This document shows, piece after piece, positions 1 to 8,624 of a stretch of DNA of 33,027 nt. Source of the stretch: Armatimonadota bacterium. Its GTDB lineage: Bacteria; Armatimonadota; Zipacnadia; Zipacnadales; UBA5352. The stretch is taken from the NCBI GenBank assembly GCA_034722055.1, contig JAYENL010000174.1, positions 1 through 33,027 of the forward strand, given 5' to 3'. A program made the position numbers and the translations under genes. A model generated the notes under the pieces. That model was not told the origin of the DNA and did no database searches. It saw only the letters and a program-made list of their open reading frames with translations. The number at the start of each line of letters is the position of its first letter. Within the stretch, counting starts at the first letter, position 1.

Positions 1-180
1 GTACCTCTCTGACCATGGGACGCCGACGGCCGGTCGGCGCCCAGTATCGACGTCACCTCTTGAAGGCAACCGCGTCATCACTATTATTCCCCGTGCGGGG
101 CGCCACGTCCTCCAGCAGGTTCGCGGACGCGGGCAGCGAAATGGCCGGCGCTCGGAATCGCTGCGACACGGAGGAGACTG

Positions 181-1386
181 ATGGCCATGCCGGATGCGGT
201 TCGTCTCGGAATCGTTGGGTGCGGCGGGATTGCCCAGGCCCACCTGAAGGGCTATGAGACGCTCGTGCAGGAGGGCTACGACAGGGTCGCTGTCACGGCG
301 GTCTGCGACCTGAATCGCGAGAGCGCGGAGGCTGCTGCCGAGCGGGTGGGGGCCAGCATGGGGACGCGGCCGGCCACCTACCGCACGGCCGAGGAGATGG
401 TGGAGGCCGGCGCCGCCGACGCCGCGGACATCTGCCTCCCTCACGCCTACCACCACACCGCTGGTGTCACCTGCCTGGAGGGCGGCGTGCACATCATGGT
501 GGAGAAGCCCGTCGGTATCACCGTGAAGGCCACGCGCCGGCTGATGGAGGCCGCCGATGGCACCGATCTGGTGATCGCCGGCGCCGAGCAGATCCGCCGC
601 TGCCTGCCGGCCCGCGCCACCGAGTGGGCTATCAACGACCAGAGGATGTACGGGGAGCCCACCTTCTTCACCCACGAGGTGTTCTCGGGCAACCCGCCCG
701 ACCGCAGCAGGTACGCCATGGCATGGCGCGCCTTGAAGCTGCTCGGCGGGGGCGGGAACATCCTCGACGGCGGGGCGCACTTCGCCGACATGGTGCAGCA
801 TGTCTTCGGCCCCGTTGACGAGGTCTTCTGCACCCTCAGGACCATCGATGACACCACCATCGACCTGCCGGACGTGGAGCCTCAGCCCGTGGACGTGGAG
901 GACTACTGGACGGCCACGCTCCGGTGGGAGAGCGGGCTGGTCGGCCACTGGGGCTGGTCACCGTTCGCCTGGGGCCAGAAGCTCTCCACCCGCATGTACT
1001 ACGGCACCGAGGGCTCGTTCTCGGACCGCCAGGAGTGGATGCACCCCTTCCAGTTCGGCGCGGACCTCACGCTCCGGGACGGCTCCGAGACGCCCTACGA
1101 GGAGATCGAGGAGCAGTACCTGGGCCAGCTCTCCGAGCAGGAGAAGCAGCGGCTCTTCCCCTATGGCATCACCGACGGCATCGCCATCGAGTGCTGGGAC
1201 TTCATCGAGGCCGTGGCCGAGGGCCGCTCACCGGAGATCGACGCCGCAGGGGCGCTGCAGGCCAAGTCGCTGTGCTTCGCGCTCTACGAGTCCGCGGAGG
1301 CAAATGCACCGGTGAAGGTGGCGGACGTCAGGGAGGGGCGCGTCAGCGCCTACCAGGACCCCATCGACGAGTACTGGGGGATCTGA
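181..1386 (+). CDS. Gfo/Idh/MocA family NAD(P)-dependent oxidoreductase
   Basis: Rossmann motif RLGIVGCGGIA, ICLPHAYH, the family-typical EKP motif (HIMVEKPV) and GGGNILDGGAHFAD. SD GAGGAG at 171-176. The start could be 181 or 187. Confidence 0.93.
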   Translation: MAMPDAVRLGIVGCGGIAQAHLKGYETLVQEGYDRVAVTAVCDLNRESAEAAAERVGASMGTRPATYRTAEEMVEAGAADAADICLPHAYHHTAGVTCLEGGVHIMVEKPVGITVKATRRLMEAADGTDLVIAGAEQIRRCLPARATEWAINDQRMYGEPTFFTHEVFSGNPPDRSRYAMAWRALKLLGGGGNILDGGAHFADMVQHVFGPVDEVFCTLRTIDDTTIDLPDVEPQPVDVEDYWTATLRWESGLVGHWGWSPFAWGQKLSTRMYYGTEGSFSDRQEWMHPFQFGADLTLRDGSETPYEEIEEQYLGQLSEQEKQRLFPYGITDGIAIECWDFIEAVAEGRSPEIDAAGALQAKSLCFALYESAEANAPVKVADVREGRVSAYQDPIDEYWGI

Positions 1387-1454
1387 GCGACGGCGCCCTC
1401 TCCGGTCCGTGTCACGGCGAGCAGCCGTGATCGGGCAGCTCGCGAGGTGAGCTG

Positions 1455-2243
1455 ATGAGGAGCCTGCGCTGCATCCTGTTGGCCCTGAGCATCTGCGGCG
1501 CAGTGGCGGCGGACGGCGCCGTCGCCGAGGCCCGTGAGGGCCCCTGGGACGCCGTGGCGGAGCTGCGGGAGCTGATGGACTGGGTGACATTCCGCCTGAC
1601 CTTCGACGGCGGCACGATGCTCCCGGAGATGGCGGCCGGGGAGTGGGAGCCGCAGGTAACGGGGACGCCGCGCTTCGAGCTGGGCCTTGTGGACCAGGCG
1701 CTGTTGGCCGGGAGCGGCAGCGGCCGGGCCTACTACCCGCGCGGCCCCAATGCGCCCATGGGCACGCGCGGCGCCGTCTCCATGTGGATTCGCCCCGTGA
1801 AGTGGACCCGCGTCAACGGCGGCAACACCACCTTCCTGATGACCACCAACTCCAGCTTCTACCTGCAGCGACAGGGCCCGGCACACAACGAGGAGGGGCG
1901 GGTCACCCGCCACGAGGGCCTGCAGTACCTCATCCGCGGAGAGCGCACCGGCAACAAGACCCTCATGGTCGGCACCGCGGGGTGGCCCGACGGCCAGTGG
2001 CGGCTGATCGTCGCGAACTGGAGCTGGCCGACCATGTCGCTGTCCATCGACGGCGGCGAGTTCAGGAGCGTGGCGGTCAAGGCCGCTCCTGACGAGTCCT
2101 ACTTCGGGCGGCTGTCCGTGGGCGCGACCGGCGGGGAGACGACGCTCATCGATGAGCTGACCATCTACCGCAGGCCGCTGACGCTCGATGAGGCGCGCCT
2201 GCTGTATGAGAGCTTCCGGCCGGCAGGGGAGGATCAGCAATGA
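1455..2243 (+). CDS. Secreted LamG-like jellyroll (concanavalin A-like lectin/glucanase) domain protein
   Basis: Signal peptide MRSLRCILLALSICGAVAA. LamG-type motifs GAVSMWIRP, GQWRLIVANW and IDELTIYRRPLTLDEARLLY. SD GAGGTGA upstream. Confidence 0.8.
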   Translation: MRSLRCILLALSICGAVAADGAVAEAREGPWDAVAELRELMDWVTFRLTFDGGTMLPEMAAGEWEPQVTGTPRFELGLVDQALLAGSGSGRAYYPRGPNAPMGTRGAVSMWIRPVKWTRVNGGNTTFLMTTNSSFYLQRQGPAHNEEGRVTRHEGLQYLIRGERTGNKTLMVGTAGWPDGQWRLIVANWSWPTMSLSIDGGEFRSVAVKAAPDESYFGRLSVGATGGETTLIDELTIYRRPLTLDEARLLYESFRPAGEDQQ

Positions 2244-5200
2244 GCTGCCGCACGATCGTCGCGCTGGCCGCAGCGATTCTGGCGCAGCACGGCCTCGCTG
2301 CCCAGATGGCGCGCCCGGAGGTGGCGCTTCCGCTCATGGAGGCGCCGCCCACCATCGACGGCGCCATCGACGAGGGCGAGTGGGCGGGCGCCGTCCGCAA
2401 CGTTGGCATGTTCAGCCGCCGCCTCGGCCGGCTGGGCGACCGGGCGGTCATCTTCTGGGCGGGCTCGGACGGGCAGAGTCTCTACCTCGCCGTGAGGTCC
2501 GAGCTGCCACCGGGCGGAGAGCTGCTCACGCGTGCGGTTCCCGACCCCGACCGGGACGTGCGGGCGGTCACTCGCGATGACTCCATCGAGCTGGTCATCC
2601 ACCCACACCTCGGCGCCACCGAGGGCGACCGGCGCTACTTCCACCTCATCGTCAACGAGCGGGGCGCTCTCTTCGACCGGTCATTCGATGAGGTCAATCC
2701 GCAGAACCGCATCGACATGAACTGGCGGCTGAGAAGCTGGCAGTTGGAGAGCGGCACCGCTGACGGCTGGTGGGACGTGGAGATCGCCATCCCGTTCAGC
2801 GAGATCGGCGCCACCGCCCGGGACCTGAGCCACCCGTGGGGCCTGCGCATCGGCCGCAACTGGCAGCGCCCGGGCGATCAGGCCTGCTGGGAGAGCGTGG
2901 GCGTCGCCTACGACGATGTGCCCACCATGCCGCGCATCAGCTTCGCCGAGGGCGCGCCGGTGGTGCGGGTGATGGGGCTGCGAGGCGAGGAGCAGCCGCG
3001 CATCGAGCTGTCCCTCGCCAACCCCGGCCAGCGGGAGATCCGAACCTCCGTCCTCATCTCCGACACCTGGCATCACAGTCCGCCGGAGGAGCATACCCAG
3101 GAGCTGACCATCCTGCCCGGCGGGGAGGAGACCGTCATTGCCGAGCCCCGCCACGGCGGCCCTGAGGGCGATCATCACACCCTCATCCGCGTCACCTCCA
3201 CCGACGGTCAGCGTCTCTTCTACCTGCGCGAGTTCCGCTGGAAGGTAGAGCGGCCGCCGGCGGACGAGCGCTGGACCATCATCCGGGAGGACCGCAAGGC
3301 CGTGGCGCTGCAGTTCAGCGTCTACCCCTACCACCGGAGGCTCCTGGCGCGCGTGGACATCTCGGCCCTGGCGTCCAAGGACCGCGTGACCGGCGCGGAG
3401 CTTACCTTCACGCTCAAGGCCGGTGGCGAGCCGCTCGCCACCGCCGACCTGGCGTTCGACAACGACACGGCCGAGAGACTCCTGGAGCTGCCTGAGCTGC
3501 CGGAGGGGACGTATGAGCTGCGCGTGGCGCTGGAGGGCGAGGCCGTGCCCACCGAGCCGGTGATCCAGGAGTACGAGCGCAGGGCCTTCGAGTGGGAGCA
3601 CAATGACCTGGGCACCTCCGACATCGTCATCCCGCCCTTCGAGCCCATCGTGGTGGAGGGGAGCACGCTTCGCACGGTACTCCGGGAGCACGAGCTCGGC
3701 GGCTCGGGCCTCTGGGAGCAGGTGACCAGCCTTCAGCGCCCGCTGCTGACGGCGCCGATGCGCTGGCGCGTGTGGTCGGCCGGAGAGGAGCTTCAGGTCG
3801 CGCCGGGTGAGCTGCGCGTGCTCCAGAGCGCGCCGCACCGGTCGGTCACCGAGGGGGGCTTCGGCGCTGGGCCGCTGAGCGCAGCCGTCCGCAGCGAGTG
3901 GGATTACGACGGCATGGCCAAGGTCACGGTGACGCTGCTGGAGGCTCCCGACGCCGGCATCGACCGGCTGAGCCTAGAGATCCCGCTCGACGACGCGCAG
4001 ATGCGCTACATGCACGCCTGCGGCGACGGCCTGCGACACAACTACGCGGGGTTCACGCCAGAGGGCACAGGCGCGATCTGGGACTCCACGGAGGCGAACA
4101 CCGTGGACGTCGTGGGGACCTTCTACCCCTACGTGTGGGTCGGCGGCGGCGAGCGGGGCCTGGCCTGGTTCGCTGACTCCGACCGCGGCTGGAGCCTCGA
4201 TGACGAGACGCCGACCGTGCAGCTTGAGCGCGACGGCGGCACCCTGACCATGCGCGCCAACTTCATCACCCGCCCCACGCCGTTGGACGAGCCGCGGCGC
4301 TTCCAGTTCGGCCTACAGGCCACGCCCGCCAAGCCCATGCCCTCAGAGCCGGTGAGCTGGCGGCGCTGGATCGGCCGCAGCTACGAGGGCCTCCAGGTGC
4401 AGTCCTACCGCATCATGGGCTCGTGCCCCTACTACGGCTGCCTCAGCCACTGCCTCTATCCACTGGAGCGCGACTTCTCGATCTACGACGCCTTCGCCGA
4501 GGCCCGCCGCACCGGCGAGCGCGACGGGGACTTCGTGGAGCAGTGGATGCAGAAGTACCTCCAGTTCGGCATCGAGCCGGACACGGAGCGCTGGGAGTAC
4601 TACCATCGCCACGTGCGGGCGGGCATGGTCAACGCCGCCAACGCCCCGCGCTCCGAGGGCTGGCTGTGGACGCCCTATACGAACCCTCGCGGTATGAATT
4701 ACCGCGCCGAGGAGTGGCCCACCTTCCAGGATGAGTGGATCCGCTTCCAGTATCACAAGCGCGCTATCAGCGGCGCGGTCTCCTACGATATCCATCCCAC
4801 GGAGAGCTTCCGCGACGCCGCCATGTGGTACTACCGGGAGATGCTGCGGTGCTTCGACGGCATCTACTGGGACAACATCTACATGTCGGCGAACTGGGAC
4901 ACCGTGGCCGGCGACGCCTGGATCGACGAGCAGGGGCGCGTGCATCCCAGCATGGGGCTGTGGGACATGCGGGAGCTGATCCGCCGCACGGCCATCATGC
5001 TCAATGAGCAGGGCCGCACAGTCTTCCCCAACATCCCGCACATGACCAACACCAACATTGTGCCGATCCTGTCCTTCGCAACGGTGAACCTCGACTGGGA
5101 GTGGCAGTACGGCAAGCGCGACTTCCAGGATCGCTTCTCGCCCGACCTGACGGTGGCGGAGACCATCGGGCGGCAGTCCGGCAACATCCCCATGATCCTG

Positions 5201-5644
5201 GGCGGCGGCCACACGCCACCGGAGGACCCGGTCTGGGAGTGGATGATGCGCACGCGGCTGGGCGTGTGCCTGGTGCATGAGATCCGGGTGTGGGACTGGC
5301 GGCCGGACTTCCACTACGAGATGTTCGGGAGGCTCTTTGAGTTCGGCTACGGGACCGACGACTGCCAGGTCTACAACTACTGGGACGAGGGCTTCCCGCT
5401 GCAGATCGAGGGCGCGGATGCCCGCGGCATCGTGCTGGTCAACGGCCCGCGCGCCATCGCCATCGTTACCGATTACGGCGAGGGCGGTCAGTGTACCATG
5501 GCGCTGGACCTGGAGGCCGTCGGACTGCCGGACACGGTAAGCCCGACGGACTTCGAGACCGGCGAGGCCCTGGCCGGCCACGCCCCGGGGCAGGCCACCT
5601 TCCCGCTGAAGAAGCATGACTTCCGTGCGGTGCTGTTCGAGTAG
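2240..5644 (+). CDS. Large secreted putative glycoside hydrolase: N-terminal CBM9-like sugar-binding domain plus DUF6067-like region
   Basis: Signal peptide. CBM9-like motifs PPTIDGAIDEGEW, DDSIEL, WDVEIAIPFSEIG, WGLRIGRNW. Later motifs DYDGMAKV, PYVWVGGGERGLAWFADS, FGLQATPAKP, FDGIYWDN. ATGA overlap with the upstream gene. Confidence 0.7.
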   Translation: MSCRTIVALAAAILAQHGLAAQMARPEVALPLMEAPPTIDGAIDEGEWAGAVRNVGMFSRRLGRLGDRAVIFWAGSDGQSLYLAVRSELPPGGELLTRAVPDPDRDVRAVTRDDSIELVIHPHLGATEGDRRYFHLIVNERGALFDRSFDEVNPQNRIDMNWRLRSWQLESGTADGWWDVEIAIPFSEIGATARDLSHPWGLRIGRNWQRPGDQACWESVGVAYDDVPTMPRISFAEGAPVVRVMGLRGEEQPRIELSLANPGQREIRTSVLISDTWHHSPPEEHTQELTILPGGEETVIAEPRHGGPEGDHHTLIRVTSTDGQRLFYLREFRWKVERPPADERWTIIREDRKAVALQFSVYPYHRRLLARVDISALASKDRVTGAELTFTLKAGGEPLATADLAFDNDTAERLLELPELPEGTYELRVALEGEAVPTEPVIQEYERRAFEWEHNDLGTSDIVIPPFEPIVVEGSTLRTVLREHELGGSGLWEQVTSLQRPLLTAPMRWRVWSAGEELQVAPGELRVLQSAPHRSVTEGGFGAGPLSAAVRSEWDYDGMAKVTVTLLEAPDAGIDRLSLEIPLDDAQMRYMHACGDGLRHNYAGFTPEGTGAIWDSTEANTVDVVGTFYPYVWVGGGERGLAWFADSDRGWSLDDETPTVQLERDGGTLTMRANFITRPTPLDEPRRFQFGLQATPAKPMPSEPVSWRRWIGRSYEGLQVQSYRIMGSCPYYGCLSHCLYPLERDFSIYDAFAEARRTGERDGDFVEQWMQKYLQFGIEPDTERWEYYHRHVRAGMVNAANAPRSEGWLWTPYTNPRGMNYRAEEWPTFQDEWIRFQYHKRAISGAVSYDIHPTESFRDAAMWYYREMLRCFDGIYWDNIYMSANWDTVAGDAWIDEQGRVHPSMGLWDMRELIRRTAIMLNEQGRTVFPNIPHMTNTNIVPILSFATVNLDWEWQYGKRDFQDRFSPDLTVAETIGRQSGNIPMILGGGHTPPEDPVWEWMMRTRLGVCLVHEIRVWDWRPDFHYEMFGRLFEFGYGTDDCQVYNYWDEGFPLQIEGADARGIVLVNGPRAIAIVTDYGEGGQCTMALDLEAVGLPDTVSPTDFETGEALAGHAPGQATFPLKKHDFRAVLFE

Positions 5645-5694
5645 CGGCGCAGCCGAGTCCCTGCAACTACCCGTCGGCTGACAGGAGGATTCCC

Positions 5695-7968
5695 ATGAAG
5701 CGCCTCGTGACGATACTCGCTCTGCTCACCGCTGTTGCTCTCGCTCATAGCGTGCGAGCGCAGGATGGCGGGGTCGCGCGGAGACTCGACGAGTTCGGGC
5801 CGGTCGAGACCGTAGAAGAGGCAGAGGCGACGCTTCAGGCCGCGGTCGAGGAGCTGATGGAGGCCGGTGGTGGCGTGCTGGTCATCCCGCCGCAGGTGAC
5901 GCAGGAGCTTGAGGTGCGCAACGTCTGGCAGGCGGAGCGCACCACCAGTGACGAGGGCCCCGTGGTCACCATCATGGACTACCGCGGAGGCTTCGCGGAG
6001 TACCATGTGGCGCCCATCGGGAAGCACCAGTTCGGCACCTGGACGGGCTTCCGCGTGGAGCGGGTGCTGAACCTCGGCCAGCAGAGCCTGCCGCACTGCG
6101 GGACCCACGGCGCGCAGGCCATCGACAACGTGCTGGTCAGCGGCGCCACCTCCTACATGCACACCCTCACCGAGGACGTGCAGGCCGGCGAGGACGTGCG
6201 CTGCTACGTCAACACCATCCGCGGCGTCTGGGTGGGGGCTTTCCTGAACATCACCTCCAGCATCATGGGCTACGCCGAGCCCTACGACCGCGTCATCGTC
6301 AAGAGCATCGGGTGGGACCCCGAGCGGCGCCGCAACTACTTCACCTGCGACCTGGAGCACGACCATCCCGCCGGCGCCCTGGTCTACAACAAGCACAACT
6401 GCAACGGGCTGGTCATCAACGGGATGAGCAACTGCGACAACCAGACCGCCGGGGAGCTGATGGTCAAGCGCCACAACTACGCCGTCGGCGACAGCTTCGG
6501 CATCAGCGGCCTGTTCTACTACATGAGCGACATCTTCTCGGGGTTCGGCGATGAGGGCGCCGTGGTGCTCAACGCCGAGACCATCGGGGAGCTGGACGGC
6601 TTCCACTCCACCGTGGAGTCCGTGAGTTGGGAGAACGATGAGCTGGTCTACGAGAGCGGGCAGTGCAACGCCCACACGCTCAGCAACTCCCGGCCGCTGA
6701 TCAACATGAACCGCGACAAGTGGATCACCGAGGGCACCGTGAAGATCGTGCCATCGTGGGAGGAGTATCAGGGCCAGAGCTACCCGGGCGTGATCGGCGG
6801 CTACGCGAACGCCTTCAACTACCAGGGCGGGGCCATCATCGGCTCGGCCGAATGCCCCTGGGATGAGAGCGTCATCGGCCGCTTCTTCTGCATCACCGAC
6901 GATTCGGAGGTCATCCTGCCCGACGATCCCTCCACCTGCGGCGGCTACGGGAAGCTCCCCTCCCGGCCGGTCTACCGGTGGTACCGCGTCATGGAGCTCG
7001 AGCGCAATGAGGACGGCACCAAGCGCATCAAGATCCTGCGCGTGCGCTGGTCGGCGGTGGCTGCAGGCGCGCCGAAGCTCTTCGATGACGAGAACTACAC
7101 CTACGACGGCCACGAGCGCCCGCTGCACTACGCCATCGCCCCCGGCGCCTGGGTCTACGACATCAGCCGGGGCTGGGCCGAGACCCACCAGACCGGCGGG
7201 AACCTCTACTGGGAGCATCCCCGGACGCTCAAGCTCGTCCCCACCGGCGACCGCGGCACGCCCTTCGACTTCGAGCCCGGCGACGAGATCGAGCAGCCCG
7301 TCGGCCCCGACCCCTACCACCCCCGGCCCCTGCGCATCCGGCAGTTCGACCAGCTCCCCAGCACCATGCCCACCTCCTCCATCGAGGTGCAGCAGAAGGG
7401 CCGAGTGCAGGTCCCATTCGGCCTTCACTTCGACGGGATCATCAAGCGCAGCGAGGACCTTGAGCGCCGCAAGGACCGCAAGCCCGCCTACGACAGCGTC
7501 ATCCACATCAACGCCCTGGCCAACACCGGGATCGAGTTCAGGAGCGAGGTCATGGACTCCGCCATCGTCTTCCGCCAGCCCGACGGGCACGCCCAGCCGA
7601 TCCGCTGGAGCCACCAGGGACCGACCGGGGGCAGCAGCCTTACCTGCGATCCCGCCTCCGGCAACTTCGTGCTCCAGGGCGGGGACGTGGATGTCAGCGG
7701 CGGGGCGGTGAAGCGCGTGCGGGGCGTCTCGGCCACGGAGACCGTCTCCTCGAATCTGCGCGGGATCGACATGGCTGTGGAGGCGGGCGCGACCGAGGCG
7801 ACCGTGAGCTTCCCGCGGGGCGAGATGGACGCGCGCTACGCCGTCTCCGTGACGCCCTCGTGGCTGACGACCGTCGCCGTGCCTGAGAAGACCTCCGATG
7901 GCTTCACAGTGCAGTTCGGCACGCCCGCCCCGGAGGGAGCGAGGATCGACTGGATCATGATCCGGTGA
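5695..7968 (+). CDS. Secreted hypothetical protein with a beta-helix-cap-like N-terminus and a tail-fibre/H-lectin-like C-terminal domain
   Basis: SD AGGAGG and signal peptide MKRLVTILALLTAVALAHSVRA. TLQAAVEELMEAGGGVLVIPP resembles the cap of right-handed beta-helix proteins. C-terminal ATVSFPR...YAVSVTP...KTSDGFTVQF...IDWIMIR. The CDS is secure; the function is not. Confidence 0.6.
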   Translation: MKRLVTILALLTAVALAHSVRAQDGGVARRLDEFGPVETVEEAEATLQAAVEELMEAGGGVLVIPPQVTQELEVRNVWQAERTTSDEGPVVTIMDYRGGFAEYHVAPIGKHQFGTWTGFRVERVLNLGQQSLPHCGTHGAQAIDNVLVSGATSYMHTLTEDVQAGEDVRCYVNTIRGVWVGAFLNITSSIMGYAEPYDRVIVKSIGWDPERRRNYFTCDLEHDHPAGALVYNKHNCNGLVINGMSNCDNQTAGELMVKRHNYAVGDSFGISGLFYYMSDIFSGFGDEGAVVLNAETIGELDGFHSTVESVSWENDELVYESGQCNAHTLSNSRPLINMNRDKWITEGTVKIVPSWEEYQGQSYPGVIGGYANAFNYQGGAIIGSAECPWDESVIGRFFCITDDSEVILPDDPSTCGGYGKLPSRPVYRWYRVMELERNEDGTKRIKILRVRWSAVAAGAPKLFDDENYTYDGHERPLHYAIAPGAWVYDISRGWAETHQTGGNLYWEHPRTLKLVPTGDRGTPFDFEPGDEIEQPVGPDPYHPRPLRIRQFDQLPSTMPTSSIEVQQKGRVQVPFGLHFDGIIKRSEDLERRKDRKPAYDSVIHINALANTGIEFRSEVMDSAIVFRQPDGHAQPIRWSHQGPTGGSSLTCDPASGNFVLQGGDVDVSGGAVKRVRGVSATETVSSNLRGIDMAVEAGATEATVSFPRGEMDARYAVSVTPSWLTTVAVPEKTSDGFTVQFGTPAPEGARIDWIMIR

Positions 7969-8624
7969 GCGAGTGGACCGACGGAGATGTCGCCAGCGGG
8001 GAGCGCCTGCAGCGGGAGTTGGCTCCCCATGTGCGCCGCCGGCCTCTGAGCCCGGCGCCGGAGACGGTGGCAGGAGCGGCCTTTGCATTCGCGGATGAGC
8101 GCGTCGTGCAGGCCGCAGCCGTGCTGGTGCGCCGCGCCGACCTCTCGGTCATTGAGAGTGCGACCGACTCCGGTCAATGCAGACCCTACCGCGCGGGGCT
8201 GCTGGCCATGTCGGTGGGGGAGGCCGTCAGAGCAGCGGTCCTGGAGTTGCCGCGGCCCGACGCCCTCATGCTCCTCGGGCACGGCATCGCTCATCCCCGA
8301 CGCTGTGGACTGGCCTCGCACCTGGGGCTGCGGACCGGCCTGCCGACGGTGGGCCTTGCGGATCGTCCGCTCGTGGGCGACTGCGACGAGCCCGACGCGC
8401 CGCGCGGGTCGTGGACTCCCCTCGAGCATGAGAGCGAGACCATCGGTGCGGCGCTGCGCACGCAGAACGAGGTGCGCCCGCTGATCGTCTCCGTGGGCCA
8501 CCTCGTCACGCTTGAGGACGCTATCGACCTCGTGCTGGCCTGCGCCCCCCGCTACCGCTGGCCGGAGCCTATCCGCGAGGCGCGGCGGCTGGCGCGCGAG
8601 GCCATCAGCGAGGCGTCAGAGTAA
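7965..8624 (+). CDS. nfi: Endonuclease V homologue, predicted catalytically inactive
   Basis: EndoV signatures LQRELA, PY.AGLLA, GHGIAHPRRCGLASHLG, PTVGLA, LIVSVGH and YRWPEPIR. The catalytic D/E/D/(D or H) positions read A39, V84, L104, R207. GTG start overlaps the upstream TGA (GTGA). Confidence 0.88.
   Translation: MSEWTDGDVASGERLQRELAPHVRRRPLSPAPETVAGAAFAFADERVVQAAAVLVRRADLSVIESATDSGQCRPYRAGLLAMSVGEAVRAAVLELPRPDALMLLGHGIAHPRRCGLASHLGLRTGLPTVGLADRPLVGDCDEPDAPRGSWTPLEHESETIGAALRTQNEVRPLIVSVGHLVTLEDAIDLVLACAPRYRWPEPIREARRLAREAISEASE

Noticed and set aside
1..60. Possible minus-strand gene start (ATG at 16) and hairpin at 17-42
   Set aside because: Too little sequence at the window edge to support a CDS, and the hairpin has no U-tract.
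1407..1434. Intergenic hairpin TCACGGC/GCCGTGA (and CAGCCGA/TCGGCTG at 5650-5680) as terminators
   Set aside because: No U-tract, and 7-bp stems are common at this GC content.
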